Below are positions 12,873-23,870 of a stretch of DNA of 64,000 nucleotides, in pieces (positions within the stretch are counted from its first letter, which is position 1; every line of letters starts with the position of its first letter). The notes under the pieces were generated by a model, which ran no database searches, had not been told where the DNA came from, and saw only the letters and a list, made by a program, of their open reading frames with translations. Location: the NCBI RefSeq assembly GCF_964213995.1, contig NC_135804.1:143344001-143408000 (forward strand), read 5' to 3'. Both the position numbers and the translations under genes were made by a program. Source of the stretch: Mustelus asterias. Its lineage: Eukaryota.

Positions 12873-13470
12873 AGACATAGAAACATAGAAACTAGAAGCA
12901 GGAGTAGGCCATTCGGCCCTTCGAGCCTGCTCCACCATTCATTTTGATCATGGTTGATCATTGAATTCAATATCCTAATTCCCCCCTTTCCCTCCCATGG
13001 GGTTGGCACGGTGGCACAGTGGTTAGTACTATTGCCTCACAGCGCCAGGGACCCGGGTTTGATTCCCGGCTTGGGTCACTGTCTGTGTGGAGTTTGCACG
13101 TTCTCCCCGTGTCTGCATGGGTTTTCTCCAGGTGCTCCGGTTTCCTCCCACAGCCTGAAAGGCGTGTTGGTTAGGGTGCATTGACCCAAACAGGCACCAG
13201 AGTGTGGCGACTAGGGGAATTTCACGGTAACGTCATTGCAGTGTCATTGTGACTAATAAATAAACTTTACTTTAGATATCCCTTGATCACTTTAGCCCCA
13301 AGAGTGATATCTAATTTCTTCTTGAAATCACACACTGTTTTGGCCTCAATTACTTTCTGTGGGAGTGAATTCCACACATTCACCATCCTCTGGGTGAAGA
13401 CATTTCTCACCTCAGTCCCAAAAGGTTTACCCCTTATCGTCAAACTATGACCCCTAGTTCTGGTGACCAG
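12873..13470 (-). mobile_element. CR1 3' fragment interrupted by a V-SINE
   Basis: catagaaacatagaaactagaagc tail at 12875; resumes at ~13275 atatcccttgatcactttagcc. Confidence 0.8.
13000..13270 (+). mobile_element. V-SINE with tail B
   Basis: ggcacggtggcacagtggttag head; ends gtggcgactagggg...gtgactaataaataaacttt. Confidence 0.9.
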
Positions 13471-13615
13471 GATCTGCATTAATCACAGTGCTAACTTCGG
13501 AGTTGGGCAATTTGAGGTGTAAAATAATAGCCTCTTTAGCTTAAAATCATAACAGCCATTGCATTACTTTACCTTCGATGGAACTTTTTATTCTGGATGT
13601 TACCTCATCACAGGA

Positions 13616-13981
13616 GGGAGGCAATGACCTCGTGGTATTATTGCTAGACCATTAATCCAGAAACTCAGTTAATGTTCTGGGGACCCGGGTTCAAATCCTG
13701 CCACGGCAGATGGTGGAATTTGAATTCAATTTTTAAAAAAAGTATCCGGAATTAAGAGTCTACTGATGACCCATTGTTGATTATTGGAAAAAACCCATCT
13801 AGTTCACTAATGTCCTTTAGGGAAGGAAATTTGCAGTCCTTACCCGGTCTGGCCTACATGTGATTCTAGAGCCACAGCAATGTGGTTGACTCTCAACTGC
13901 CCTCCAAGGGCAACTAGGGATGGGCAGTAAATGCTGGCCCAGCCAGCGATGCCCACATCCCACGAATGGATTTAAAAAAAA
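13616..13981 (+). mobile_element. tRNA-derived SINE family C, full length
   Basis: Head gggaggcaatgacctcgtggtatt...gggttcaaatcc; tail gggcaactagggatgggcagtaaatgctggcc...cccacatcccacgaatg shared with the LINE at 43533-44458. Confidence 0.85.
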
Positions 13982-13984
13982 GGG

Positions 13985-14225
13985 GGGGGCCTGAAGATTG
14001 GAGGGTGGCAAATGTTGTGCCTTTGTTTAAAAGGGGCTGCAGGGAAAAGCCTGGGAACTACAGGCCAATGAGCCTTCTATCCGTAGTGGATAAGTTGTTT
14101 GAAGATATTCTGAGAAACAGGATCTACAGGCATTTAGAGAGGCAAGGATTGATTAGGGATAGTCAGCATGGCTTTGTGAGTGGAAAATCTTGTCTCACGG
14201 ATTTGATTGAGTTTTTTGAAGGGAT
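13985..14225 (+). mobile_element. CR1 ORF2 internal fragment
   Basis: PEDWRVANVVPLFKRGCREKPGNYRPMSL...QHGFVSGKSCLTDLIEFFE. Confidence 0.9.
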
Positions 14226-14659
14226 TGTTCATGGGGAAACCTGACCTGCCTTTAACCCACCATCAAAGTCGGGAGAACAAACTTCCAAACGAATTTTCCG
14301 ATGGTGGGGAATTAACATTTTTAATCACACCCTTGCCCACCACCAATCCCAGTGCTGGTGGGAGCTGGAAACTCCCTCCTTGTATTAGTTTCAGTGAACT
14401 GTGTAATGCAGAACACACACTGAAGTGAAGAACTTGATTCCTGGAAGTCAAATTTTTGTATAGAATTAGACAGAATTTACACCGACCATACAGTCCATAC
14501 TGGCGCCTCGTCTCAACACAAGCAGGAATCCTATCTCATGCACCTATCATCTTCTCTTATCATTTTAACTCCTGTTCTTCCAGCACCTCTTTGAACTCTT
14601 CTTAAAAGTTGACTTCTTCGATTACTGGTGCACTCTGCAGCCTGAGAAAAACCTTCAAG

Positions 14660-15108
14660 TGACAAAAACACAAAAATGCTGCTAAAACTGGGCAGGTCTG
14701 GCAGCATCTGTGGAGATGTAAAATAGAGATAACAGGCAGGAACTTCTACCCCCATCTCCCACCCCCCCCCCCCCTCTCCCACCCACCTCACCCCCACCTC
14801 GCCACCAATGGCGTGATTTGTGGCAGTGGAAGACACGTGCCATTGCCTGGCAGCGAGAAGCGGGAACACCAGATCCCGCTGTTGTCAACAACATTTTCCG
14901 CGCCCTCCACCACCGGGTAACCTATGGGGGGAGTCGGAGGGTGGCAGGGTGTGCTGATGGTGGGACCGGAAGACTCTTCTTCAGAGCCATACAGATCCGA
15001 AATGCCAACTCTATTTTCTCTCCCCACTGATGCTGTCAGACCTGCTGAGATTTTCCAGCATTTTCAGTTTTTGTTTCAGATTTCCAGCATCCGCAGTATT
15101 TTGCTTTT
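14660..15108. mobile_element. Palindromic Penelope-like insertion, family 2 (inverted pLTR pair) with a GC-rich MITE-like insert at ~14736-14972
   Basis: 14660-14735 is the reverse complement of ~15005-15080; TSD aaa(a/c)ccttcaag at 14648-14659 and 15109-15120. Confidence 0.7.
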
Positions 15109-15324
15109 AAACCCTTCAAGCAAAAGATGTTTCTTCTCTCTGTCCTAAATCTCTTCAATTTAATTTTATATCCATGACCTAATTCTGGATTCTGGTCTCG
15201 CTAGGCCTTTCATCCAATCAACCGCTGTAACTTTGTCAGGAAATTGGTAGGAAATGCAGACAGTTTGGAATTTCTGTTGACCTGCAGAATATAGTGTGGT
15301 CAAATGGGAATTCCCAATGTCGGA

Positions 15325-15825
15325 ATATAGGAACCAGGAGTAGGCCACTCAGCCCATCAAGCCATTGTACTGCCATTCAGTACAACCATGGCTGATCAGA
15401 CACTTTTACTCCAATCGTCCCCATAGCTCTTTACGCAATTGTTATTCAGCAATTATCAATCCCTGCTTTAAACATATTCAATGACTGAACTTCACAACCC
15501 TCTGGGGTACAGAACTCCAAAGATTCGCAAGCCTCTGTGTAAAGAAAGTTCTCCTCAACTCAATGCTAAGGGGCTTCCCCCTTATTTTGAAATTGCGGGC
15601 CCTGGTTCGAGACTCCCCAACCAAGGGAAACATCTTGCCTGCACCTACCCTGTCTATTCCTTTAAATATTTTACAGGTTTCAATGAGATGACCTCCCATT
15701 CTTCAGAACTCTAGAGACTACAGGCCCAGTTTGCCCAATCTGTCTTCATAAGACAGTCCCGCCATCCCCGGAACAGATCTGTGAACCTTCATTGCAGTCC
15801 CTCTGTGGTAATATTCTTTCTGAGG
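15325..15825 (-). mobile_element. CR1 3' fragment
   Basis: GHLIETCKIFKGIDRV..MFPLVGESRTR..FFTQRLANLWSS. Confidence 0.85.
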
Positions 15826-15915
15826 TCTCCTTCTTGCTAAACTGAAAGGTAAATACTAGTTCTGAAGAAGATGTTGGATTGGATTTGAAACATTGGATAT
15901 TGGATTTGAAACATT

Positions 15916-16030
15916 GGGTGGGATTTTATGGCCGCACTCGCGCCAAAACCGGAAAATCCCATCCAAGGTCAACTGAACTTGCCTCGCCCGCTCTGATTCC
16001 CGTGGCGGGCAATACAGTAAAATTCGCCCC
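15916..16030. mobile_element. Harbinger-type MITE inserted in a family-2 pLTR remnant (~15855-16100)
   Basis: TIRs gggtgggattttat / gtaaaattcgcccc; flanks att/atc; internal sequence similar to 11747-11874. Confidence 0.65.
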
Positions 16031-16956
16031 ATCAACTCCATTATCTCTCACCACAGATGTTGCCCGACCTGCTGCATTTTTCCAACACTTTCTATTTCCG
16101 TGTCTCTTTCTGCCCACTGTCTCTTCCCTTCATCATTTTGAACACCTCCACCAAATCATCGTCTAATCTCCAATTCAGTGAAATCCGATTCTATTTTCAA
16201 ATTTGTCTTCCTATTTATGTCTTGTCAGTCGAGGCAACATCCCTGTAAACCTGGACTGTACCATAAAGCAGGACTGATGATGCCCATTCATTTGCACTCA
16301 ATCGGAACTCAAAGAATAATGCTGAGGACAATTCAAAATCCTATTTCTTTAAGCACCAGAAATGCTGTAGAAATGATCTCATTTTATCGGTTAAAAAGCT
16401 GTTTTCTTGAAGGCAAATCATTCTATTTGTTTTCTCTATTCCAATTTTCTCCACTCTTGAGGGCATTGATTTATGCTGGGATATGGTAAAATGGCAGAAG
16501 CTGCCCCTTCAGCACCTCACGTCGTTGGCCACTTCTAAAAATCTTTCAGTCTAGACAACATTTTTTTGGCAGGTTATTTGATCATGAGGACCATTGTGGC
16601 TGAGCCTAATCCTTTCCTCACTCAGGCACACTTCCCACAGCCACTGCACAGCAAGCATGAATAGGAAGAATGTATTTTTCCTTCTCTCTCCCTTACTCCA
16701 GGATGACCGAGACAGACTGCAACAGTGCGACTGTTCGAAGCTCCAGCTATCATTCAGGTCTGCAGGATTTGCAAGGGTTTATGCTGGGATCTCACTGGTT
16801 GTGTAGCAAAAATTCTAAATGGCGAGTAGCGTATTTATCAACCAAATCATGGGAACAGCCCAATTTATTTGTTCATTTTTATCTACGCTCATGATTGTTG
16901 GAACGGGATTGTAGCTTTTGTAAACCTGCTTTCAGATCCCCGCAGTGGCGTACTTG

Positions 16957-17320
16957 AATCATAGAACCCACGACAGTGCGGAAGAAGGCCATTCGGCCCA
17001 TTGAGTCTACACCGACTCAGTATCTTTCCCAGGCCCGCTCCTGCCCACCTGCCCTATCCCTGTACCCCCACGGACTTACCTTGGCGAATCCATCCAACCT
17101 GCACATCTTGGGACACTAAGGGGCAATTTAACATGGCCAATCCACGTAATCCGCACATCTTTGGACTGTGGGTGGAAACCGGAGACCCCGGAGGAAACCC
17201 CACGCAGACACGGGGAGAACATGCAGACGCCACACAGACAGTAACTCAAGCCAGGAATCGAACCCAGGTCCCTGGTGCTGTGAGGCAGCAGTGCTAACCA
17301 CTGTGCCACCGTGCCGCCCG
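16957..17320 (-). mobile_element. HE1/V-SINE (tail A)
   Basis: Full reverse-complement copy ending ctgtgccaccgtgccgccc. Confidence 0.9.
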
Positions 17321-17434
17321 GATTACAGATGATGCAGTTGCACTTTTTCTCTTTATTTGGATTCAAGAGCAGTACAGCTCAGCGAGTACAGCTCAGCGTT
17401 ATGCTGGTCCGTTGCACATGGTTTACAACAGGGA

Positions 17435-17687
17435 AAGTTTTAACAACACCAGGTTAAAGTCCAACAGGTTTATTTGGTAGCAAATGCCATTAGGTTTTGG
17501 AGCGCTGCTCCTTAGTCAGATGGAGTGGATATCTGCAGATATGGCAGATAACCACTCCATCTGACGAAGGAGCAGCGCTCCGAAAGCTAATGGCATTTGC
17601 TACCAAATAAACCTGTTGGACTTTAACCTGGTGTTGTTAAAACTCTGACTGTGTTTACCCCAGTCCAACGCTGGCATCTCCACATCA
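17435..17687. mobile_element. Palindromic Penelope-like mini-insertion, family 1 (inverted pLTR pair)
   Basis: Arm 17435-17536 is the reverse complement of ~17543-17645; 3' tail on the right arm only; perfect TSD ttacaacaggga at 17423-17434 and 17688-17699. Confidence 0.9.
17557..17593 (+). ncRNA. Minimal type-I hammerhead ribozyme motif
   Basis: CCAU-CUGACGA-A-GGAGC-agc-GCUCC-GAAA-GC-U-A-AUGG: stem I CCAU/AUGG, stem II GGAGC/GCUCC, palindromic AGCU stem III. Confidence 0.85.
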
Positions 17688-17719
17688 TTACAACAGGGAG
17701 CCAGCAATAGTTAAATAGA

Positions 17720-18100
17720 CGACTCACTGGTGACAGGCTCACCTCTGAGTCAAAAGGTTGTGGAATCAACCTCTACCCCAGAGATGAGGGCACATAATCA
17801 TAGGCTGACTTCTCAGTGAGTCCTAAGGGAGTGCTACACCGTTGGAAATGCTGTGTTTTTGGACGTGATATTAAACCAAGGCTGTCTGCTCAGGTAAAGA
17901 AGAGGCGTGGTGATCTTCCCCAATATATAACCCACAACTGACATCACTAATTGGATTATTGCTGTTTGTGGGACCTCGCTATGTAGAAACTGACACATGC
18001 ATTTTCTGATATTACACCAAAAACATATGCAATTGGTTGGAAACTGCAGTGGGACATCCAGCAATTGTGAATGCCGCTATCTAAATGCAAGTTCTTTCTT
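17720..18100 (+). mobile_element. Deu-domain SINE (SacSINE1/AmnSINE-like)
   Basis: ctctgagtcaaaaggttg head, gagtgctacaccgttggaaatgctg, attgctgtttgtgggacctcgct, tail gctatctaaatgcaagttctttcttt. Confidence 0.65.
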
Positions 18101-18116
18101 TATTTCAACAATACTG

Positions 18117-18435
18117 TTGATTTGATTTATTATTGTCACATGCATTCGTAAACAATGAAAAGTATTGTTTCTTGTGCAAACATACTATTCAGGAAAAGAT
18201 AAGGGGCAGAGCATAGTGTTACAGTCACAGCTAGAGTGTAGAGAAAGATCAATTTAATATAAGGTAGGTCCGTTCAAAAGTCTGATGGCAGCAGGGAAGA
18301 AGCTGTTCTTGAGTAGGTTGGTACGTGACCTCACCGCAAACTTTTGTATCTTTTTCCCGACAGAAGAAGGTAGAAGACAGTACGTCCGGGGTGCGTGGGG
18401 TCCTTGATTTATGCTGGCTGCTTTTCCGAGGCAGT
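18117..18435 (-). mobile_element. Rex1/Babar 3' fragment
   Basis: tgatttgatttattattgtcacatg end; minus-strand YCLGKAASI...TNLLKNSFFPAAIRLLNG. Confidence 0.8.
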
Positions 18436-18914
18436 ATATCTTACCGTGATGCTTTCTTCCACTAATATCATCAACAATCAATTCTGGCCTCGGAGGTCTT
18501 TTGGTTGAAAGGGTTCATTCCCCGCGCCCCTCCCTCCCCCAACACCCCCTCCACACTTTAAATCTTTTCATGGCTTTGACCACCACGTAAGGACAGCAAT
18601 TATTAAGATTATCAATGAATTTTTACAATGAATAAACATCAAAACCTGAGCCAAGATCCTATCCTGCTGCACTTCCATCCTGCCCTCTGAGAGATTTTGA
18701 ACTTGGTAAAAAAAAGGTGATGGCTTTGCCCATCTGTTGTTTTTGCTCTCTGAAACCTGGCTTTATTGATATCTGAAGAACACTCGCACAGGCGGCGATA
18801 ATTAATGGCAACGGTGGGTATTAGCGTGGAAAGTCTGTGAACGAATGTTTGGCTTTGGATTCCTTTAGGTGGCTGCTACAGACTGTCAGTCAAACGCTGC
18901 TGCAGTCGGACTGT

Positions 18915-19176
18915 TGGAATACCAATGAGATACGTATTTGCACCAGCCAGCCCCCCCGGGGGGACTTAAGTAACTCCGCAGCGCCGCCCACTCCCCGTCA
19001 TTGGTCCGAGGGATGCTTTCCACAAACCAGTCAGGAAGTGTCTATTTGATGTTCTGCTCCTGTTTGGTTTGAGAGGCTATCCGTCACAAAGATTTAAGAT
19101 GTTGCTGTTGCTACTGCTGCTGTGTAATGTCAAGTTGGCTAAGCGTAGTTCAGCAGCTAGTTGAAGGGCAGTAAGG
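18915..19176 (+). promoter_or_regulatory. Candidate Pol II promoter and first exon
   Basis: Non-repeat, locally CpG-rich; CCAAT 18922, GC box ccgccc 18984, inverted CCAAT 19000, ETS caggaagt 19032; possible donor ca|gtaagg at 19171. Confidence 0.35.
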
Positions 19177-19631
19177 AAGGTTTTTTTATTGTCAATCCGG
19201 CAGGAGAGTCTTCATCAGAGATACCGAAAAAGCAATAAATAGCACATCGAGCTTGATTTATACTTGTGGAAAAGCAAACGTTTATATAACACCTTTGACA
19301 GATTATTATATTACAACTGTGTCATTGCTTATTATTAATTCTGGACGGGCTCATTAGTGATACCATGTTAAAATGGCACAGGTGCAGGCACTGTATTAAA
19401 GATGACATTACCCATTCTTTCCTTTCATTTGGGACTAAGTCACGCAGATTAAAACTGTTAAGATCGAAATTTATTGAAACTGGCTGGGGAGAAGCACCAA
19501 ACATCAGCTGCCACAATAATGGAGACATTTAATGTGTTAAAAAGCCCTTTGCAAAAGCCTTGTCCTCCTTGCCTAATGGGGCACTGTATTGTTAATTAAT
19601 TTGAGGTTGGCCAATCCTGTTAGCGAGACAT

Positions 19632-19936
19632 TTAAACTTTATTTACTTGTGTCACAAGTAGGCTTACATTAATACTGCAATGAAGGTACTGCGCAAATCC
19701 CCTACTCGCCATACGCTGGAGCCTGTTAGGGTACACTGAGGGAGAATTTAGCATACCTAACATATCGAACCAGCATGTCTTTCGGACTGTGGGTGGAAAC
19801 TGGAGCACTCGGAAGAAACCCACACAGACACGGGGAGAACGCGCAGACTCCATGCAAACACCGCACAGACAGTGACCCAATCGAACTTGGGTCCCTGGAG
19901 CTGTGAGGCAGCAGGGCTAACCACTGTGCCACCGTT
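19632..19936 (-). mobile_element. V-SINE with tail B
   Basis: ttaaactttatttacttgtgtcacaagtaggcttacattaa...ctaaccactgtgccaccg. Confidence 0.85.
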
Positions 19937-20979
19937 CCACTCATTTAACGTGACGACGCGGTTCACAATTAAATGTGAATCTGCATTTTTAAAAAATGTC
20001 TCCATCACCAGATGATGCGATGGTTTTGTGACCAGTAGCAAAATCTGTGCCACTTTACTAGAGCACACTTGAAAGCACAGCAGAGAAGGTGCCTTTTGAC
20101 GCAACTTGCACTGATGCAGGGAGCAACCAAACATAAACTGTTCTCTCCACTGGAGTCACACAGGAGGATTTATTTAACTTTCACTTCAAATGTTTGCATA
20201 TACTTCTGTGTAAGGAAACTCTGTAAATGGAATTGGGGTTGACTGCTCATCCCACAGCACTCCTGCCATCCCTCCTTCCTCTGTGACAAGTCGGGCTCCA
20301 CTCCTTGTCGGGCATGTTTGTGGTGGGAAGACAGGGGGGGCACATAAACTATGATGGGCGGCTAGCCTACCACCTTCCTGTCCAGGCCCCCTGAAAGCGG
20401 TAGATGGGCAGGTGGGTGTCGAGATTGGCAGTTGTTTTAAAAATCACAGTTGAGGATCAATTGAGCTTGTTATCAACACTGCCCGTGCCATAATACAGAG
20501 GATGTGGCGAAGCGGAAGTGGGCAGACCATTCTTTTCACCCAACTGGTTAAAAGGTGGACAGGTGGGCGCATGGGTGGCTATGTCCTTCAGTATGTTCCC
20601 TGTGCACAGTGCACATCGGGAGCAGTTACCCCAGCAGGATGACACCTCCCCTTTGTGCCTCCTCACCCTCCAGAACTTGTTCCTCCGCCCGCGTTCCAAC
20701 CCTCCCCAGGGTGCCCGCCCCATCTCTTCTGCCACAAATGCCCGGAATCTATCTAGTCCAGGATCCATCGCTCTTCTTTCCGGGGCCTACGTGCAATCCC
20801 AGCAGCACCCACTGCTGAGCTTTGGCGCTGCTGGGAGTGCTGGAGTTGTCGGTCAATCAGATTGGTTCAGATCACAGTGAGGGAAAGAAGTCGCACCCTT
20901 TGCTTATTCAGTCTCCTCTCTGCCCCGACGTGTAATAGCTGGAGGCCACCTTTTTGTCAGCCAAATGGGTTGAAATCGG

Positions 20980-21272
20980 GGCGGCACGGTGGTTACCACT
21001 GCAGCTTCACAGCGCCAGGGACCCAGCTTCAATTCCGGCCTCAGGTCACTGCCTGTGTGGAGTTTGCACATTCTCCCCGTGCCTGTGTGGGTTTCCTCCG
21101 GGTGCTACACAGCCCCAAAAAGGTGCGGGTTAGATTGATTGGCCATGCCAATGTGTCAGGGGGTTAGCAGGGTAAATATGTGGGGCTATGGGAATAGAAC
21201 TTGGGTGGGATTGTGGTTGGTGCGGACTCGATGGGCCGAGTGGCCTCCTTCAGCACTGTAGGGATTCTATGA
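20980..21272 (+). mobile_element. HE1/V-SINE (tail A)
   Basis: V-domain; gggccgagtggcctccttcagcactgtagggattctatga tail. Confidence 0.85.
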
Positions 21273-21390
21273 AATCGGCTTTTGTAATGTGGTTGGGGTA
21301 GCAAGCAACATACCTTCTGGTAAAATTCAGCCATCAACTCTGGGCTGTGGCAAAATGAGCATATCAAGACTACTGCATATTAAAAATAAC

Positions 21391-21539
21391 GTAAGGAGTC
21401 TAACAACACCAGGTTAAAGTCCAACAGGTTTATTTGGTAGCAAACGCCACTAGCTTTCGGAGCGCTGCTCCTTCGTCAGGTGAGTGGGAGTTCTGTTCAC
21501 AAACTGGGCATAGAAAGACACACAACGTTTGTGTCTTTG
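21391..21539 (-). mobile_element. Penelope-like pLTR, family 1, tail-less, with hammerhead at 21448-21482
   Basis: Minus strand CAC-CUGACGA-A-GGAGC-agc-GCUCC-GAAA-GCU-A-GUG; ends in a short fold-back aaagacacacaacgtttgtgtcttt. Confidence 0.85.
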
Positions 21540-21862
21540 TTAAGGAATGTTAAGGAAGTTGGGTACATTCTCTTGGAAAAGAGATTTTGAAATGACCTAA
21601 TTAGTGTTTCTAACATTAGGCAAATTTGATTTTAGCGACTAACAAAGGCGTTGAAAGGATCAAATACTGAGGAACAAAGCTGAAACATTAAGGCCTGGAC
21701 TTTTCTGTTCTAAGGCCCAGAATTGGCTCTTAGATGAGGGAAGGGGGAACCAACCGTTGCATCCCCCCCCAAAACATAATTTTTTCTTACATCAGGGAAC
21801 TCCATCAATGCCCTCTACATGTGACTGATACCAGCAGGGAGGTAGGGCTCAGTACCCCACAC

Positions 21863-22180
21863 AGGGCGGCACAGTGGTTAGCACTGCTGCCTCACAGCGC
21901 CAGGGACCCGATTCAATTCCAGCCTCGGGTCACAGTCTGTGTGGAGTTTGCACATTCTCCCCGTGTCTGTGTGGGATTCCTCCGGTGCTCTGGTTTCCTC
22001 CCATGGTGCAAAGTGTGTGGGTTAGGTGGGTTGACCATGCTAAATTGACCCTCGTGTCAGGGGGATTAGCTCGGGTAAATATGTGAGGTTACGGGAGTAG
22101 GCCCTGGGTGGGATTGTGGTCGGTGCAGACTGGATGGGCCAAATGGCCTCCTTCTGCACTGCAGGAATTCTATAATTCTG
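21863..22180 (+). mobile_element. HE1/V-SINE (tail A)
   Basis: Canonical head, V-domain and CR1-like tail. Confidence 0.9.
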
Positions 22181-22799
22181 TGAATCAACCCATGCCAGCT
22201 CTGGTTCCCGGTGCCAGGAGGATGAGCATGGTGCCTGAGGCAGCAGGCCCAAAGGCAGCAGTGGCACTTCCATTGAGCAGCATTTTGGAGGGAGAGGGCT
22301 GAGTAATTAACTCCTCTCTTTTGAGGGCCCCTTAAGAGAGCCCTGGCTCCTGCAGAGCTGTGTAAAGTTGTAGCAAAGACTGTATCACTTTGGGGATGGT
22401 GTGTCCCCTAAACATGCACTACTTCTTTTTCCCTTTTTGTCGTAGAACTGGTGCCTTGCAGCAGAACTGCTGACTTTATTGGGCCTGGTAACAGCAATCT
22501 CCTCTCCTCTGCATAAAGACCCACCTTGCATTTTGAACTTGACCCTCAGGAGGACACTGAGGTACCTCATACTCAGATTAAGATAGTGAATAGAAGTTCC
22601 ACCCTCACAGTTCTCCAATGGCAAACCTGCAGAGGAAAATCCCAGCCTAAGTTTGGAGTGAAGACTGGTGAGATGGAGGATAATTTACAAGGAAAGGACA
22701 CTCAAGCGAAGAGTGTATTGGGTACTAGGATATGTTTCTGAATGGAAAAGAGATGAAGAGATATGGTAAACAGCTGGATGAAGAGCTATCACAAGCAAT

Positions 22800-22885
22800 T
22801 AAAACAGAAAATGCTGGTCAGGCAGCATCTGTGGAGAGAGAGAGAGAGAAACAGAGTTAACTTTTCAAGTCCATTGACCGTCTAC
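22800..22885 (-). mobile_element. Family-2 pLTR fragment
   Basis: aaaacagaaaatgctgg..caggcagcatctgtggagag..aacagagttaac. Confidence 0.55.
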
Positions 22886-23352
22886 AGTAGCAATGGTTTA
22901 GATGTGTAAGTCCCATTTTGGCTTGTACATTTATTATTCTCTAATTTTTGTCGGGATTATTATCAATATTATGCTGGGATGCTGGCTTGATTTACAACTT
23001 ATTTCCACCTATAATCATGACTTCATAATTTCACCCATATCTTCACAAAAAGACCCCTGATCAATATCCATACAGAGAAGGTGCATTTGGTTAGAATCAC
23101 CCCTGGCAACATTCTCACATGTGGAGTGTTGTATGCACAAGAGCACCGACTAAGCCATTTCATGATGCAGTGCTCTGGAGCTCCATCCTCTCATTGAATT
23201 TGGCCAGTTTCCCTTTGTATTTCCCCCAAAACCTCTCCTCCTTGAAGGTAATGAATGCAGTACAAGGGCCTGGCATATGTGGAGTTACTCTGGGACTGAG
23301 TACAGTATTAGTCGCACAGTGATGTAAGAGGGGAGGCACTGGTGTAGTGGTA

Positions 23353-23836
23353 TAGAAACAGAAACATAGAAGATGGGAGCAGGAGGAGGCCATTTGGCCC
23401 TTTGGGCCTGCTCCACCATTCATTACGATCATGGCTGATCATCCAACTCAATAGCCTAATCCTGCTTTCTCCCCATAACCTTTGATCCCATTCGCCCCAA
23501 GTGCTATATCCAGCCGCCTCTTGAATACATTCAATGTTTTGGCATCAACTACTTCCTGTGTGATGAATTTCACAGGCTCACCACTCTCTGGGTGAAGAAA
23601 TGTCTCCTCATCTCCATCTTAAATGGTCTACCCCAAACCCTCAGACTGTGACCCCTGGTTCTGGACTCCCCCACCAATGGGAACATCCTCCGAACATCCA
23701 CGCTGTCTAGTCCTGTTAGAATTATATAAATTTCTATAAGATCCCCCCTCACTCGTCTGAACTCCAGTGAAAACAATCCTAACCTAGTCAATCTCTCCTC
23801 ACACATCAGTCCCGCCATCCCCAGAATCAGCCTGTA
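23353..23836 (-). mobile_element. CR1 3' fragment
   Basis: GLMCEERLTRLGLFSLEFRRVRGDLIE...FFTQRVVSL; tail agaaacagaaacatagaa. Confidence 0.9.
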
Positions 23837-23870
23837 TCAGTATAAGGAGAGGCAGTGGCGTAGTGGTATT

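Noticed and set aside
17371-17398. Perfect 14-bp tandem duplication agtacagctcagcg near a PLE insertion
   Set aside because: Outside the TSD; indistinguishable from an ordinary slippage or repair duplication.
17435-17687. Palindromes as MITEs/foldback DNA transposons or miRNA hairpins
   Set aside because: Arms are PLE pLTRs linked elsewhere to a GIY-YIG ORF, ends are asymmetric and turn-around points differ per locus.
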